Assembly (NCBI GenBank): GCA_012295275.1
Contig: CM022678.1
Coordinates: 3,720,001-3,784,000, forward strand
Length of the DNA stretch: 64,000 nucleotides
Source: Chrysomallon squamiferum
Lineage: Eukaryota > Animalia > Mollusca
Direction of reading: 5' to 3'
Both the position numbers and the translations under genes were made by a program. Each line of letters opens with the position of its first letter. Within the stretch, counting starts at the first letter, position 1. The notes under the pieces were generated by a model. That model had not been told where the DNA came from and did not search any database. It worked only from the letters and a program-made list of their open reading frames with translations. Shown piece by piece: positions 37,072-49,411 of the stretch.

Positions 37072-37621
37072 AAATAAAAATAAAAATAAAATCCGGCTGG
37101 TCTACTGAGAAAGATATGAAAATAATCTCGGACGGGTCTACGTGTTGCTAAAGAGGGGTAAAGTTGAAAGAAAACTCCAGCACTCGGAGAAATACAAAAA
37201 AAAAAAAAAAACAACTGCACCTGAGAATTTGTGAGACAAAGTAAAAATAGCTTTCTTATTTTTCTTATTTTTTTTAATTGTTTTTCTGGATTCACTGTAT
37301 TCAGTGCGATGTTGCAAGACCGATTTTAAGAGAGAGACAAAAAAAAAAAAATCTTCTCTCTCGTTCAGTCACCCGTAAATAAATTGCTTAACAAAACAAA
37401 AACCCTGTGGTTATATACTTCAAACTGGTTTTCGTTTTCACGTGATGTGTTTGAAAGGTTTGTTTTCCTGTCTTACATATATTATCATTATGTAATTCCC
37501 ATACTTCACTGCGCTTTATGGTATTTACAGTGCACCGGATTTTCTTGTTTACAGCAGCTGGTACGAAGTCGTGCGATTTTAGGTCAAACTACTTTACAAA
37601 AAGCGATTATGTACAAAGATG

Positions 37622-37711
<90 letters not shown>

Positions 37712-40646
37712 ATTTTCCCTTGACAGTAGTTATTCTTTATTTGCATTTTAATCATTTATTATTTTTTAAAGGAATAAAAATAAAATAAATAGGTAATAAA
37801 CAAATAACATCAACACACACAGACAGATAAATAAATAAATAAAATAACAAAATAATAATAATTTTTTTTTTTTTTTAAAACTGCTTTTGATACCTCGACA
37901 GACGGTTACCAAGTGAATGCGCTTGAAGCGCAACATTTAAAAAGAACGAGTTCGTAGGCGGCTTATAAACGTCAGATTTCGTTTCTTTTCTTATTTTTAT
38001 TTCGTTGTTTAGTTTACAATCCATCAGCTGTAACTCATAATAGAACTGCTCACCGCAGTATTTTCTTTAGCGAATTCAATTACAGGAATATAAATTCAGT
38101 AAGTGTATGTTATCGTTGAAATTCATTTACGATTTCTAAGCTCATCTGTCACAATCGGGTCAAATTGTTGTACTACAAATACCACAAACATTATAACAAT
38201 AAATAAATAAATAAACCCGGAAAAATAGAAACTCGTGTAATATTGCTGTTCAGATATACTAGACAACGATTAAAATGTATCGATCTGCCAATCCAAAGTG
38301 AGTTTAGATTTTTTGTTTGTTTTATATTTGTACAAGGTGCAGAAAGAATGGTAGCAAAATAGTGTGTAAAAGGTCTGCTGACAGGGGTGAAAATAGAAAC
38401 TGGTAGGTTTATTAAAAATATCATAATACAAAATATTCTTTTAATTAAAAAAAAATAAAACCCAGAAAAAAACCCCAAGAAAATTCATCTGAATAATAAC
38501 TGGTAAAATATTTCAAAAGACGAATTAAATTTACTTTTTAAGCTAGTAATACAAGGTTATTACAGTTTCTTGTAAAATTTGACAATGGTAACAAAAACGA
38601 CTTATAACCAAAAGAGTATCAATCCCACAAATTACTTGGGATTAGAGCCCACTCATATGTGTCTGCATTTAAACCTGGAATCTCGCTTCTGTAATAAGGA
38701 ATAAAGTCTAACAAAGACACCAGCAAATACAGAAGTTTTATTTTACAGTATTTTATACATTATTATTATTATTTATGTTGTTGATTCCTTTACTTTGTGG
38801 CGTAGAGACTTGTCTAGTGCTGCTTGTAAAACAGGATACAATTTCTGACAGGTCTCAATACACAGTTTCACTGCCTGGAATAAAGAAAATAAAAATAAAA
38901 ATCAGAAGTGAAGTAAAAAAGAATAATAATAAAAAAATCTAACTTTTTAAAGAATTCTCCCATTTAAATTAAAACTAAAGGAATATTTACAATTTATGTT
39001 ACTGCAGTTTATTACAAATTATGTTACTGGAAGGTTAAATTGTTTTTCGAAACATCGAATGTGATAAAGCTAAAATATGCGTGTCAGTGAGGTTAAAAAT
39101 CAACCTTGTTAAAATTACCTTGCTGAGGAGGTTGAAATCTATTTCTCCTCTTGATGTAAGTGCTGAAATCTGGTTTAGTGATGACATCAATCCTACAGTG
39201 ACTGAGCCTCCACTATTAGGTTTCAACTTGAAAAAAAGAACACAAAAAAAACAAATATTAAATATGATAAACTACTATAAAAAATAAATATAAAAGAAAA
39301 TGAAATTTTAAATACAATGTTAAACAAATAATAATTTATTTTAAACAGAAGCTTAAATATAGTTGTAAATAATATTAAATAAAAAGTTTATGTTGTTGTA
39401 ACATTCACTGATGAAAGTGATAAATGATAATTTAAATATTAGAAATGCCACACTACTTGGGCACCCACAGAATGTTTTATTATATCTGACATGTGCACAC
39501 ACACACAAACATACATACAAACACATGCATGCATATACAATATTAATAGTTTTACAACAGGATAATAATTATACTACTAATAATAATAATAATAATAAAA
39601 CATTTAATTATTTTATTATCCACAAAGTACTTTAATTTATAAATCTAATTAAATAATGGTCTAATAAAAACAAAAAAAACAACATTTAGTTTATTAATTT
39701 ATTTACTTACCTCTTGTCTGTACTCTTCTTTGTCTGTGGGATCCAACAGAATAACATCTTGAAAAACCCTCTGAAAACAATATATATATATATATATAGT
39801 TATACATAATGTTATACTGAACTTTTGTTACATATATGTATGTATCTGACTGCTTGAACATATGTCTATAATGTAACATACTTCCAGCAATGAACTAATG
39901 GGGAAATATGGACACTAATTAAACAGGAATATAACTCACTAGCAGCCAAACAGATATAGAAAGAACTATGCTAATCAACACATACAGGTAATAAAAGCAA
40001 AGGTTAGGGTTGTGATTTTAATAGGTGAGAAGACACAAGTAAACCTGGACGGGACACTTTGGTAGAAATAAAGATAACCAGTGAACCAGAGTGTATCATC
40101 ATTTGGAAGCCATACCAAGGGAAGTAATCTAGAGAAAGCTCAGGAATGAACTAGATGAGTATTGGAAGATGATTACTCAACATTTGATGACATGGAAACA
40201 ACATGTTGAGTCTTTTGCCCAACAACATGACATTAGAGCTGTTTAAAGAAGATGATGATCATCATGTGACTCATCAATTTAAACCTTTCACAGCCGGAGA
40301 CTTGTTGGTTAGAAAGTCCTCACACATGACAGTTTTCAGGTTCAAATCTTATTGGTGTTACAGCTACAGAACAATTTTTTCTTTCAGTCAGGGCTAGATG
40401 AACAAAGTCTGAGGTATGTGATGTCTTGTATATGGGAAGGTCTAGATAAAAATAACTATTTGCTGCTGCTGATCAACTGACTGAAATGGGAAAACTATTC
40501 ATTGGGGTCACCATGGAGAAGAGATTGTCTGACCTGTCAGAAGAAGAATAACCTAAACACATTTTCAACTCATCCTGCAGTGAAATATTTCTGTTATTTA
40601 TTTAGAAAATTAGAGTAAATATAATCAACAACAACCTAAACAAATG

Positions 40647-40820
40647 TTCAAGTCATTCACCAGTAAAATATCTGTTAAGAAATCTTGCTAAATATAATGA
40701 AAAATAAGCTAAAGAAATCTTCAAGTCATTCACCAGTAAAATATCTGTTAAGAAATCTTGCTAAATATAATGAAAAATAAGCAAAAGAAATCTTCAACCC
40801 ATTCACAGTAAAATATTTCT
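40647..40820. repeat. ~73-bp tandem repeat x2.3
   Basis: ttcaagtcattcaccagtaaaatatctgttaagaaatcttgctaaatataatgaaaaataagc occurs at 40647 and 40720, with a partial copy at ~40792. Confidence 0.88.
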
Positions 40821-40904
40821 GTCATTTCCTTAGAAAACATGAACTAAATTAGTGCAGTTTTCTGTAATTACAGTGAATATGTAAATAAATGAAAAAAATC
40901 TAAG

Positions 40905-41105
40905 CATTTTAATATCAAACATACAGATGAATACCCAGTTACTAAATCATACATCTAACAAATAAACATTTTAATACCAAACTTACAGATGAACACCCAG
41001 TCACTAAATCATACATCTAACAAATAAACATTTTAATACCAAACTTACAGATGAACACCCAGTTACTAAATCATACATCTCAATTTCTTAATATCAAACT
41101 TACAG
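40905..41105. repeat. 62-bp tandem repeat x3
   Basis: cattttaataccaaacttacagatgaacacccagttactaaatcatacatctaacaaataaa occurs at 40905, 40967 and 41029. Confidence 0.9.
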
Positions 41106-42539
41106 GGCAACAGCTGCAAATAAACATTTTAGCAGCAAGGTATGGTTAAAAAAAATTAGAAGAAAATATTAAAAAGAAAATGTACAGATCAGTTGGGAGG
41201 TGTGTGATGCAGAATCTGATGTAACGACAGAGTAAGGTATGGTTAAATTATTAAACTAATGTTGATATCTGCTTGAACTAATTCAGTGTGATTCACAGCA
41301 GTAGTAAACACATTTAACATATTTAATTATGATTATTATATACAATATTAATAAAATAAAATCAGACTGTAAGAGAGAGAGACAGAGTCAGAAAAAGTGT
41401 AAAACAGAGAAAGAACACCCAGTTAGAGAGAAAAAGACAAAAAAAAGAGACAGACAGACAAAGAATGATAGATAGTGAGAGAGAAAATAAAATCGCACAG
41501 CACAGTAAAATAAAAAAATTAAACTCTTACCACTGCCATCGTTTTGAAGAACTGTGATGTAGATGTTCACCTGAGCTTTTGGAAATTTGTGCTAAGAATG
41601 AAAAATAACAAACAATACAAATATACATTGCAATTAAAAAGATCTATAATAAATATATATTTAACAAAGTGTTAGTAAGACTTAAATATTTTAAATTTTC
41701 TGAAACAATCCAGACACACACAGGACTGACAGACATGACGCTGATTTGCTATACAGAGGTCACCAGACATTTATTAAACAGACAGAAACACACACAGACT
41801 CACCAGACAGACAGACAACACTATCAAGAAAAATTAAAAACACCACTGCCAGACAGGATTTGAAGTGAGTAGTCATTTATTTTTGGAAATCTTGCTGGTG
41901 TTGTAAACACGTTGTCTCAGAAAACATTGCAAACTTGAACTCATATATTCACTACACAGATTCCCTTCATGCTGAATTCTTCCTTCCTTAAGACTTCACA
42001 CTGGCCCATACAGACTGTGAACAAAACAAAACCTGACAGACAGCTGGTTCAAGTGTTGTCCAGGATTTGAAGTGTCCTTTCATGCTGAAGTCTTCCTTCC
42101 TCATCACTTCACGTCGACATACCTGTCTGCAAAAAAAACGTTGCAAACTTGAACTCGCAGGTCAGCTGTCCCTTCATGCTGAAGTCTTCCTTCCTCATCA
42201 CTTCACGTGGCCCATACCTGTGTGAACAAAACAAAACCTGTACAGGTGTAACAGTGTTGTACAGGTCAGCTGTCCCTTCATGCTGAAGTCTTCCTTCCTT
42301 AACACTTCACATGGCCCATACCTGTGTGAACAAAACAATACCTGTACAGGGGTAACATCACACATTTGCCTGCAAAAATCAACTATGAATTGTGTAATAC
42401 AGGTAAATTCAAATAATAGTTGTACAGGTGTAAGAGTCCTATACAAGTTAGCTGAAGGCCACACAAGATGTACAAGCACAATGAACTTTACAATTTACTT
42501 CACTGAAGTTGTAGGTGTAAATCCAAATAAAAGACTTGT

Positions 42540-43005
42540 TTATAATACTTACGAATACACATAACTTTATTTGGTGTTGTTGTGTATAATGCTTACACGA
42601 ATCACTTTAGGATAGTTGTTTTAATAATACTTACATATTGATAATTCTCTCTTTGGTATAGTTTTTTTATGTGTATAATAGTATTTATACTCAAATGTAT
42701 ATAACCGTATGAGGTTTTTTTGAATATAATACTTATATATATATATATATATATATATGTAACTTCAGTATAATTTTTTATGTGTATAATATTTACATAT
42801 AGATATAATTTTAGGATGATTTGTTGAATATGATACTTATATATATATGATGTTAGTATGGTTTATTTGTATATACTTACATATTTAACTTTAGAAAAGT
42901 TTTGATGTGTATAATACTTACAAAAATTACCTATAATTACCTATATAACTTTAGCCTACTTACAATAGTTACCTTTAGAATGGTTTATTTATGTATAATA
43001 CTTAC
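42540..43005. repeat. Degenerate AT-rich minisatellite (tataatacttaca...ataacttt) in an MTR3 intron; paralogous tracts at ~57390-57735 and ~62850-63130
   Basis: The recurring ataatacttaca motif is present in all three MTR3 copies. Confidence 0.75.
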
Positions 43006-44392
43006 ACCGCAGATATAACTTTGGTCTGGTTTTGTTCGATATAGGCTGATCCATGAGCCTGACTTATCACACCAGCTCGTAAAACTAAAAGAGAAATATT
43101 TAAAATCTATTTAAATTTTAACCACTTTTTTATATTTTTTAAAAATAAACTCATTATACAGTGTTGTGAGAAGCTTAAGTAATGGAAGAAAAAACTCACA
43201 TCATATTGCAGTAGCTCATCTTTTTAAAAAATTTAATAATAACAAATATTTTATGTGCATTATGTACAACACAGGAAAATAGTAGTTCATCACTTCTGAT
43301 AAACCCGTCACATGTGAAGGACAGGTATATTAACAAAACTGTTAGTGATATATAAATAAATAAAAACAATACACCATTTATTAATGACATAAATAAGTAA
43401 AGATACCAGAGAAGTTACAAATATTTTTCAATTTCAAACAGTTCTTGACTAAACTAAACGAAACTAAAATAAATAAAAGAATTAATAAATCTAGTTCAGG
43501 AAATTACTAAGAAAATTTATTATTTATAGTTTATTTCCAAGCAGATACAAAATAATTTAACTTACACAAAGGTCGAACCTCTTCAGGTTTTCGTCCATCT
43601 TGTCGCACACTGGTATTTAACTTTTGAAAAGTGGAAGAAATATAAATTAATTTGTAATAATTAATCAAATAAATGATTCAAAGCTTTCATCTGTTTCAAA
43701 GAACTGAGGTTTAACTATCAGACATTATAGCAGCTCTGTGGAATTCAGTCACTTTAATAACCTTAAAAAGGCTTAATATATATAATATATTCGCTAAACA
43801 GTTAACACATTTTAATTATGAATTATCATTTACATTATTATAATGATTATTAGAAATATTACTATATTATTTCATTAATATTAGTCAAAAATTAATAGTC
43901 AGACTGTCAATAATTAAGTTAAAATCTCTGATGATGACCATAATCATGATAATGATAAATTGATATTGAAAATCTATGCGACGAACAATCATAAATGGTT
44001 GTGAAAAATATCTTACATTTTCATCAATGACATCTGATTTCACAAATGTATACGGGTTTAATGTAATTTCAGGACCAGTTATTCGTCTCGTATCACTTGG
44101 CATGATTGTTCGATAACGATTTCTACTTCACAAAATGTTTTACCACATGGAAGCAGCCATTACAATGTGTTCACTAAAATTCCTCTGTCAAAAAGAGAGC
44201 TCCTTCTTCAAGAGATACTGGTTTTCTTTAGTATATTTCCACTACTAAAATCAAAGCACCTTTAATATAAGATTAAATGAAATTAAAAATTAATCCGATT
44301 TCGTCACGAAAATGATAAGAATAAATGAAATCCAGCTACATCATGAAAATTATAAAATGAGAAAATAAATAAATAAATAAATAAATAATAAT

Positions 44393-44433
<41 letters not shown>

Positions 44434-45419
44434 GAAAAGGAAATAAAAAGATGTGTTCATTAATATTCCTCTGTGAAAAAGAGAGATCAATACTGGTTTT
44501 CTTTAGTATAATTCCACTATTAAAAATCAAAGCACCTTTAATATAAGAATAAACGAAAATTTGCCTGTATAATGCTTGTATTGTAATAAAACAAAATATA
44601 GACTGTGAGTGAAGAAAATTGTAACAAAAATATTTGGGGACATTTATTTTTGACAAAGGCTCTTGTTATTATATGTAATTATTCTTCAGTAATACTGAAG
44701 TACCATGATAATGAAACACATCTGATTTATAGTGGCTTCATTTTCCTTACTGTATTTTTCTTGATGTCTTGTTCATGAATCTAAAAGAAAAAAAAACAAC
44801 AAAACAAACAAACTAAGACCACTGTGGATTATTATTATTGTTTTTATTATTTAAATAAAACAAAACATACATTCCATTAATTTTAAATTACATTTCACTG
44901 ATTTCAAGTTTTAAAATTTTCAGATAATAATATTATATTTGCATATATTTTAGCTTTAACATTTTTCAGATTATTATTTTTACTTTTGATATTCTCAGCA
45001 GCTTGTTGCAGAAATTTATTTACATCCTCCAATTCATTATTTTACAGTTCCACAATCAGTTATATTGATAATCCAATTTTTTTAAAGTTCTTTTTTATAT
45101 GTGGTTATTTTGAAATTTTACTTCATTCATTTCAAAACATATTTTACATTTTCTCTAAAGTTGTATTAGAGATAAAGATTAGCATCTAGTTTAAAAAAAA
45201 GTGATGCAAACTGTTCTGCTTTATGGTATCATTTCTTTTCACCAGAATGTCCATTTATGGTGAATCTTTAAACCATGTTTTTTTTAATTTTGGCATTGTT
45301 GTGGTTGTTTTAGCTGAAATCTGGCCTTAAAATTATCTCATTATTCCCTGAAAATCCATCCTGGGTTATTATCAAATCACACAATGAATGAAACTTCACC
45401 CCACCAGAGCCTCAAAGAG

Positions 45420-45670
45420 AAATGTTGCAAGGTGGTACAAGACCCCTTTTGGGCCCCAAGGCAGGCAAAGATTTTTCTCAAAATTAAGGATTTGATGTCC
45501 AGTAAATCTACATGTAAACTGTTGTAAATTCTTTATTTCCATGATCAGATATAACATAATGAAACAAACATTCAGTTAATGCACGCTTGCTGTGGTGTCC
45601 TTCCTAGCTCTTGGGCCCCAGAACAAAGTACCGGCTGGACCCACTGTCTCATAGGCCCTTCCCCCGCCTT
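45420..45670. mobile_element. Possible non-autonomous DNA element (MITE-like) remnant
   Basis: GC-rich blocks gggccccaaggca and ttgggccccagaacaaagtaccggctggacccactgtctcataggccct in an AT-rich background; no clear terminal inverted repeat pair or target-site duplication seen. Confidence 0.3.
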
Positions 45671-46345
45671 GATTTTTTGTTTTCATTTTTTTAGTGGATA
45701 AGTGGAACTGTTGATGTGGTTTACCAAGTTTTGGCCATTTTGACCAAACTGGACACCACAGCAACCAATTGGTCAGTCATCCTGAAATAAGTATTTCCAG
45801 AACAGTAACTATACCAGACATTTTCACAGTTTATCAATGTTTTTAAATTGTTATCTTGGCAAATTTGGTAGCTGTTAAGATTTTTATTTTTTGTTTTTAC
45901 ATTGTGTAATACTTTCATTCAGAAATTTTATGATTTTATATACACACCAGTAATTATTTCCACAGTATTTGTTTATTTATTTATTTTTTATTATGATTAC
46001 ATTATTAAATTGCATTTGAAAGCCATTTTGGGATCAAAAATATGTTTTCATATTTCTGAGGGTTATATTGTTATTGTTAAGACTTGTGTATTTATTTATT
46101 TTTAATAACTTTTTATTAATGTTAAAAATTTGTCATTGATTTTTGTGCACATTTGTTTTTATATAAATTTTTTAAAATAAGTAGTTACAAGTGGTCAGTA
46201 ATGTAATATCTCAGAAAATAAACTCATTGATCACTTACGTTTTTTAAATTTGCTTTCAGATACACATTTATTATTTTATATACGACTGCAAATGGGATTT
46301 CAAAGGAATAAAATTTTAATTATCTTTCTTTTGTTATTTTATATT

Positions 46346-46393
<48 letters not shown>

Positions 46394-46841
46394 TACTATC
46401 ATATACTCTTATAGTACCTTGGTATTTGCAATGTTAATTATCTCCCTTAGTTATTTTGCTTCTAAATATTTAACCTACTGTATATATTATAATACCTGTA
46501 ATCTATTCATTGGACAACAAAAGAATTTACTGTTCTTTTATTTCTAGCTGGTCACAAAAATAAAGATGCATTCAAACTGTGCAATTTTTGTTACACTTCT
46601 TCTATCAGCTATTACACAGTACATAAAATGTGTACACAATCTGTAATAGCTGAAGTAGGTTTATTTAGTAACTGCAACAGACACACAAGCAGTATCCTAA
46701 CTGCAGTAATAGTTGTAGTTGTAGTAACTGGTAGTAACATACATATATCTATTTATCTATCTATCTATCTATCTGTCTATATATATACACATACATGTCA
46801 GTATGTATGCACACATACAGATATACAGATATATATATACA

Positions 46842-46925
46842 TACAGGGTAGCCCAAAAGTAGGTTTACAGTTATTATGGAGGCAATTTATTTTAAAATAT
46901 AAGCATGTTTCAAGCATTAAACAGA
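46842..46925 (+). mobile_element. Tc1/mariner-like terminal repeat remnant
   Basis: TA followed by CAGGGTAGCCCAAAAGTAGGTTTACAGTT resembles mariner-type ends; no partner end found. Confidence 0.35.
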
Positions 46926-47324
46926 AACTGTTTAATCTCTCACAAACACACACATACACATCCTACATACATGCAAACATATACATATGTACATATATAG
47001 CCATTCATATAAACATGAAATATTGTTTTGCTTGCATTACTTCAGTAATAAAATACCGTTACACACGATCGACCAGTTTGAACACGTCTTTAGCATTACC
47101 TATAATCAAATAAAACCTGTGAGTTTGTCTTTTGACAATTAAAAGTTTCTCATGCTGAACTGGTTAATATAATTATTTCTGTATTGCACAGAAATGGGAG
47201 GAAAAAAAAGAGAAAAAAAGAAAGAAGGAAATATTTATTTGTTTCAAGATAAACCATTTGTTCGTGTGGTTCCGTAACCTAACTGTACGCATGATAGAAG
47301 TTACGTGTGTCTAAAAATACAGTC

Positions 47325-47410
47325 AATGAGTAGTGTACAGCGCCAGCCATTTTCTTCTGAGATACGTGGCAGTCTACAGCGGCAGCCATTTTCTTTTTCA
47401 GTAGGTCAGT
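47325..47410 (+). promoter_or_regulatory. Candidate IAP first exon or promoter, possibly bidirectional with MTR3 copy A
   Basis: Local CpG island with a duplicated tacagcg(c/g)cagccattttct motif (YY1-like GCCATTTT), followed by a donor-like GTAGGTCAGT at ~47401. Confidence 0.4.
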
Positions 47411-48361
47411 GGGCATTAGTTTTATTGTTGTCTTTATGTTTGTTTAACACGATATTATTGAAATTAACTGCTGATATCATTTTAAACCGATGTTTGTTTA
47501 TTCTTTTTAAAAAAATAATCCTTTATATTTATTATTTCTTTTTTCTAACATATACCTGTGCTCAGAGTCATGTTACTGACATGTCTGGTCGTAGTTAGAT
47601 GGACGAGGAGATGATCACCCTCTCTAAATACAGCCATTATTATTTACGTAGATTAGTTAATTTACAGTTGCATTCACAGTTAGGGTCACATGTCTTTCCA
47701 AAATACAGGGCAATGAGAAATAGGACAACTGATCAGAATTATCGTTTTTTTAATGAAAATATTATTTATTATTTTATTAATAAAATATAACACATAATTT
47801 TTTGTTGATTAAAACCAAGATATAAAACATAGAATTTCTAAAGACACAATTTCAAAGGTTTGTTAATTACAAAATTTCACTTAATTAAAGTTTTTGAGGT
47901 TCTGTAATTGTTTGTTTAAGGAGGTAGTTACTTCTGATTGTAATTATGAACATCAAACGCATATACTGATATAATGTGTTTCAGGTACAGGTGTAAAATA
48001 CTAGTTACAATATCATTTTAGGATAAATATTAAAACATTATTGTTGATTTACATAGAATTATGTTTTCAGTAATTTTTTTTGTTTTTTAATCACCACTCC
48101 ACAACACTTAACATTTTGATCTCTGAAGCTTTAAAAAAAATTAAAAATAAATAAAATTGTATGATATAGCTGAGAATTAGTTTTGTTAACTTATTTTATT
48201 GATTCATTTATCCAAGATTCCCACTAAACAAATTATACAAACATACCATAACATAAAATGACATTTTATTGACAAAAAATATATCAGCAATTGTCTGTAC
48301 CCTGTTTTTCCAGCCACACCCAACACCTAATTAATAACCCTGCATAACCCATGAGGTGAGA

Positions 48362-48395
<34 letters not shown>

Positions 48396-48679
48396 TGTTT
48401 TCATTATTTTTTTAAATATATAAGTAAATAAATAAATCAATCATATACTTACATACACAGATACATACATACACATAGATACATACATACATATAGATAC
48501 ATACATACACATAGATACTTACATACACATAGATACATACATACACATAGATACATACATACACATAGATACATACACAGATACATACATACTAATACAT
48601 ACATCGCTAGTTATGCTAGTTGTTTATGTATACTGTTTCATTTCCAGTTTCAGATATTAAAACCAAACAAGAAACTGTG

Positions 48680-49411
48680 ATGGCAGAAGCCAGTGATTTC
48701 TCTTCTCCTTCAGTAAACGGCGTCACAGAAGCAGACAAAATAAAAAGTCGGTATACTACATACAGGGGTTGGAATCAGAAAGAACTTGCTCTCAAGCTAG
48801 CTATATCCGGATTTCTGTATACTGGTATCAGTGACAAAGTGAAATGTGAAACTTGTGGCGTTCAAGTAGAAAAATGGTTGCCGTCATACGACGCCATTGA
48901 AACACATCGCAAATGTTCCCCGAACTGCTCTTACATTAATAAGTGGTTTGGCGGGAAAAACCAGACGACATCTGAGAATGTGGAGCCAAAAATTCCTCCA
49001 AAATACCCGTCATATGAGAACTACCAGACCAGGCTAGACAGTTACTTTGGGTGGCCTCTAAATCACGCACACCAAAGTCCCTCATCCATGGCGGCAGAGG
49101 GTTTTTTCTACTTGGGATCTGCGGACAGAGCAAGATGTTTCCAGTGTGGTGTCACTCTACGAGACTGGGACGAGGATGATTTTCCACTTGAAGCCCACGT
49201 CACGTGGTCTCCCGACTGCCAGTTTGCTCAGCAGAGACAAGAACTAGCCTCGCGAGAAGTGTCATCAAATAGCAACGAGAGGAACACAGAAAGCAACACA
49301 TTGTCTTACCCAACTGAGGAAAACAAAATCAAAGAGCAGCGTTCTGTAAGGAAAAGAGAACCAAAGCAGAGGCTTACAGCGTTCTGTAAGGAAAAACACA
49401 AACAGGAATGA
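48680..49411 (+). CDS. Inhibitor of apoptosis protein (IAP/BIRC family) with two BIR domains; ORF ends prematurely before a degenerate UBA
   Basis: BIR1 RYTTY...GFLYTGISDKVKCETCGVQVEKWLPSYDAIETHRKCSPNC and BIR2 RLDSY...GFFYLGSADRARCFQCGVTLRDWDEDDFPLEAHVTWSPDC, both CX2CX16HX6C. Acceptor tttccag| at ~48647. Homology to the array units continues to a donor at 49612. Confidence 0.92.
   Translation: MAEASDFSSPSVNGVTEADKIKSRYTTYRGWNQKELALKLAISGFLYTGISDKVKCETCGVQVEKWLPSYDAIETHRKCSPNCSYINKWFGGKNQTTSENVEPKIPPKYPSYENYQTRLDSYFGWPLNHAHQSPSSMAAEGFFYLGSADRARCFQCGVTLRDWDEDDFPLEAHVTWSPDCQFAQQRQELASREVSSNSNERNTESNTLSYPTEENKIKEQRSVRKREPKQRLTAFCKEKHKQE

Larger units (their letters stand above)
38773..44103 (-). 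pseudogene. EXOSC6: Exosome complex component MTR3/EXOSC6, copy A (exon 4 scrambled, exon 6 almost entirely deleted)
   Basis: Exons 44103-44017 MPSDTRRITGPE...; 43620-43566 RQDGRKPEEVRPL; 43084-43006 LRAGVISQAHGSAYIEQNQTKVISAV; fragmented exon 4 at 42321-41850 YGPREV..KEDFSMKGQLTCEFKFA; 41591-41531 HKFPKAQVNIYITVLQNDGS; 10-nt remnant 41113-41104; 39770-39711 ILLDPTDKEE; 39226-39119; 38874-38773 AVKLCIETCQKLYP...*. RNase PH-family motifs with the MTR3-type N-terminus. Confidence 0.85.

Noticed and set aside
44017-44125. NRYRTIMPSDTRR resembling the protein tyrosine phosphatase KNRY motif
   Set aside because: Downstream exons clearly encode the RNase PH-family protein MTR3; the similarity is coincidental and lies upstream of the ATG.
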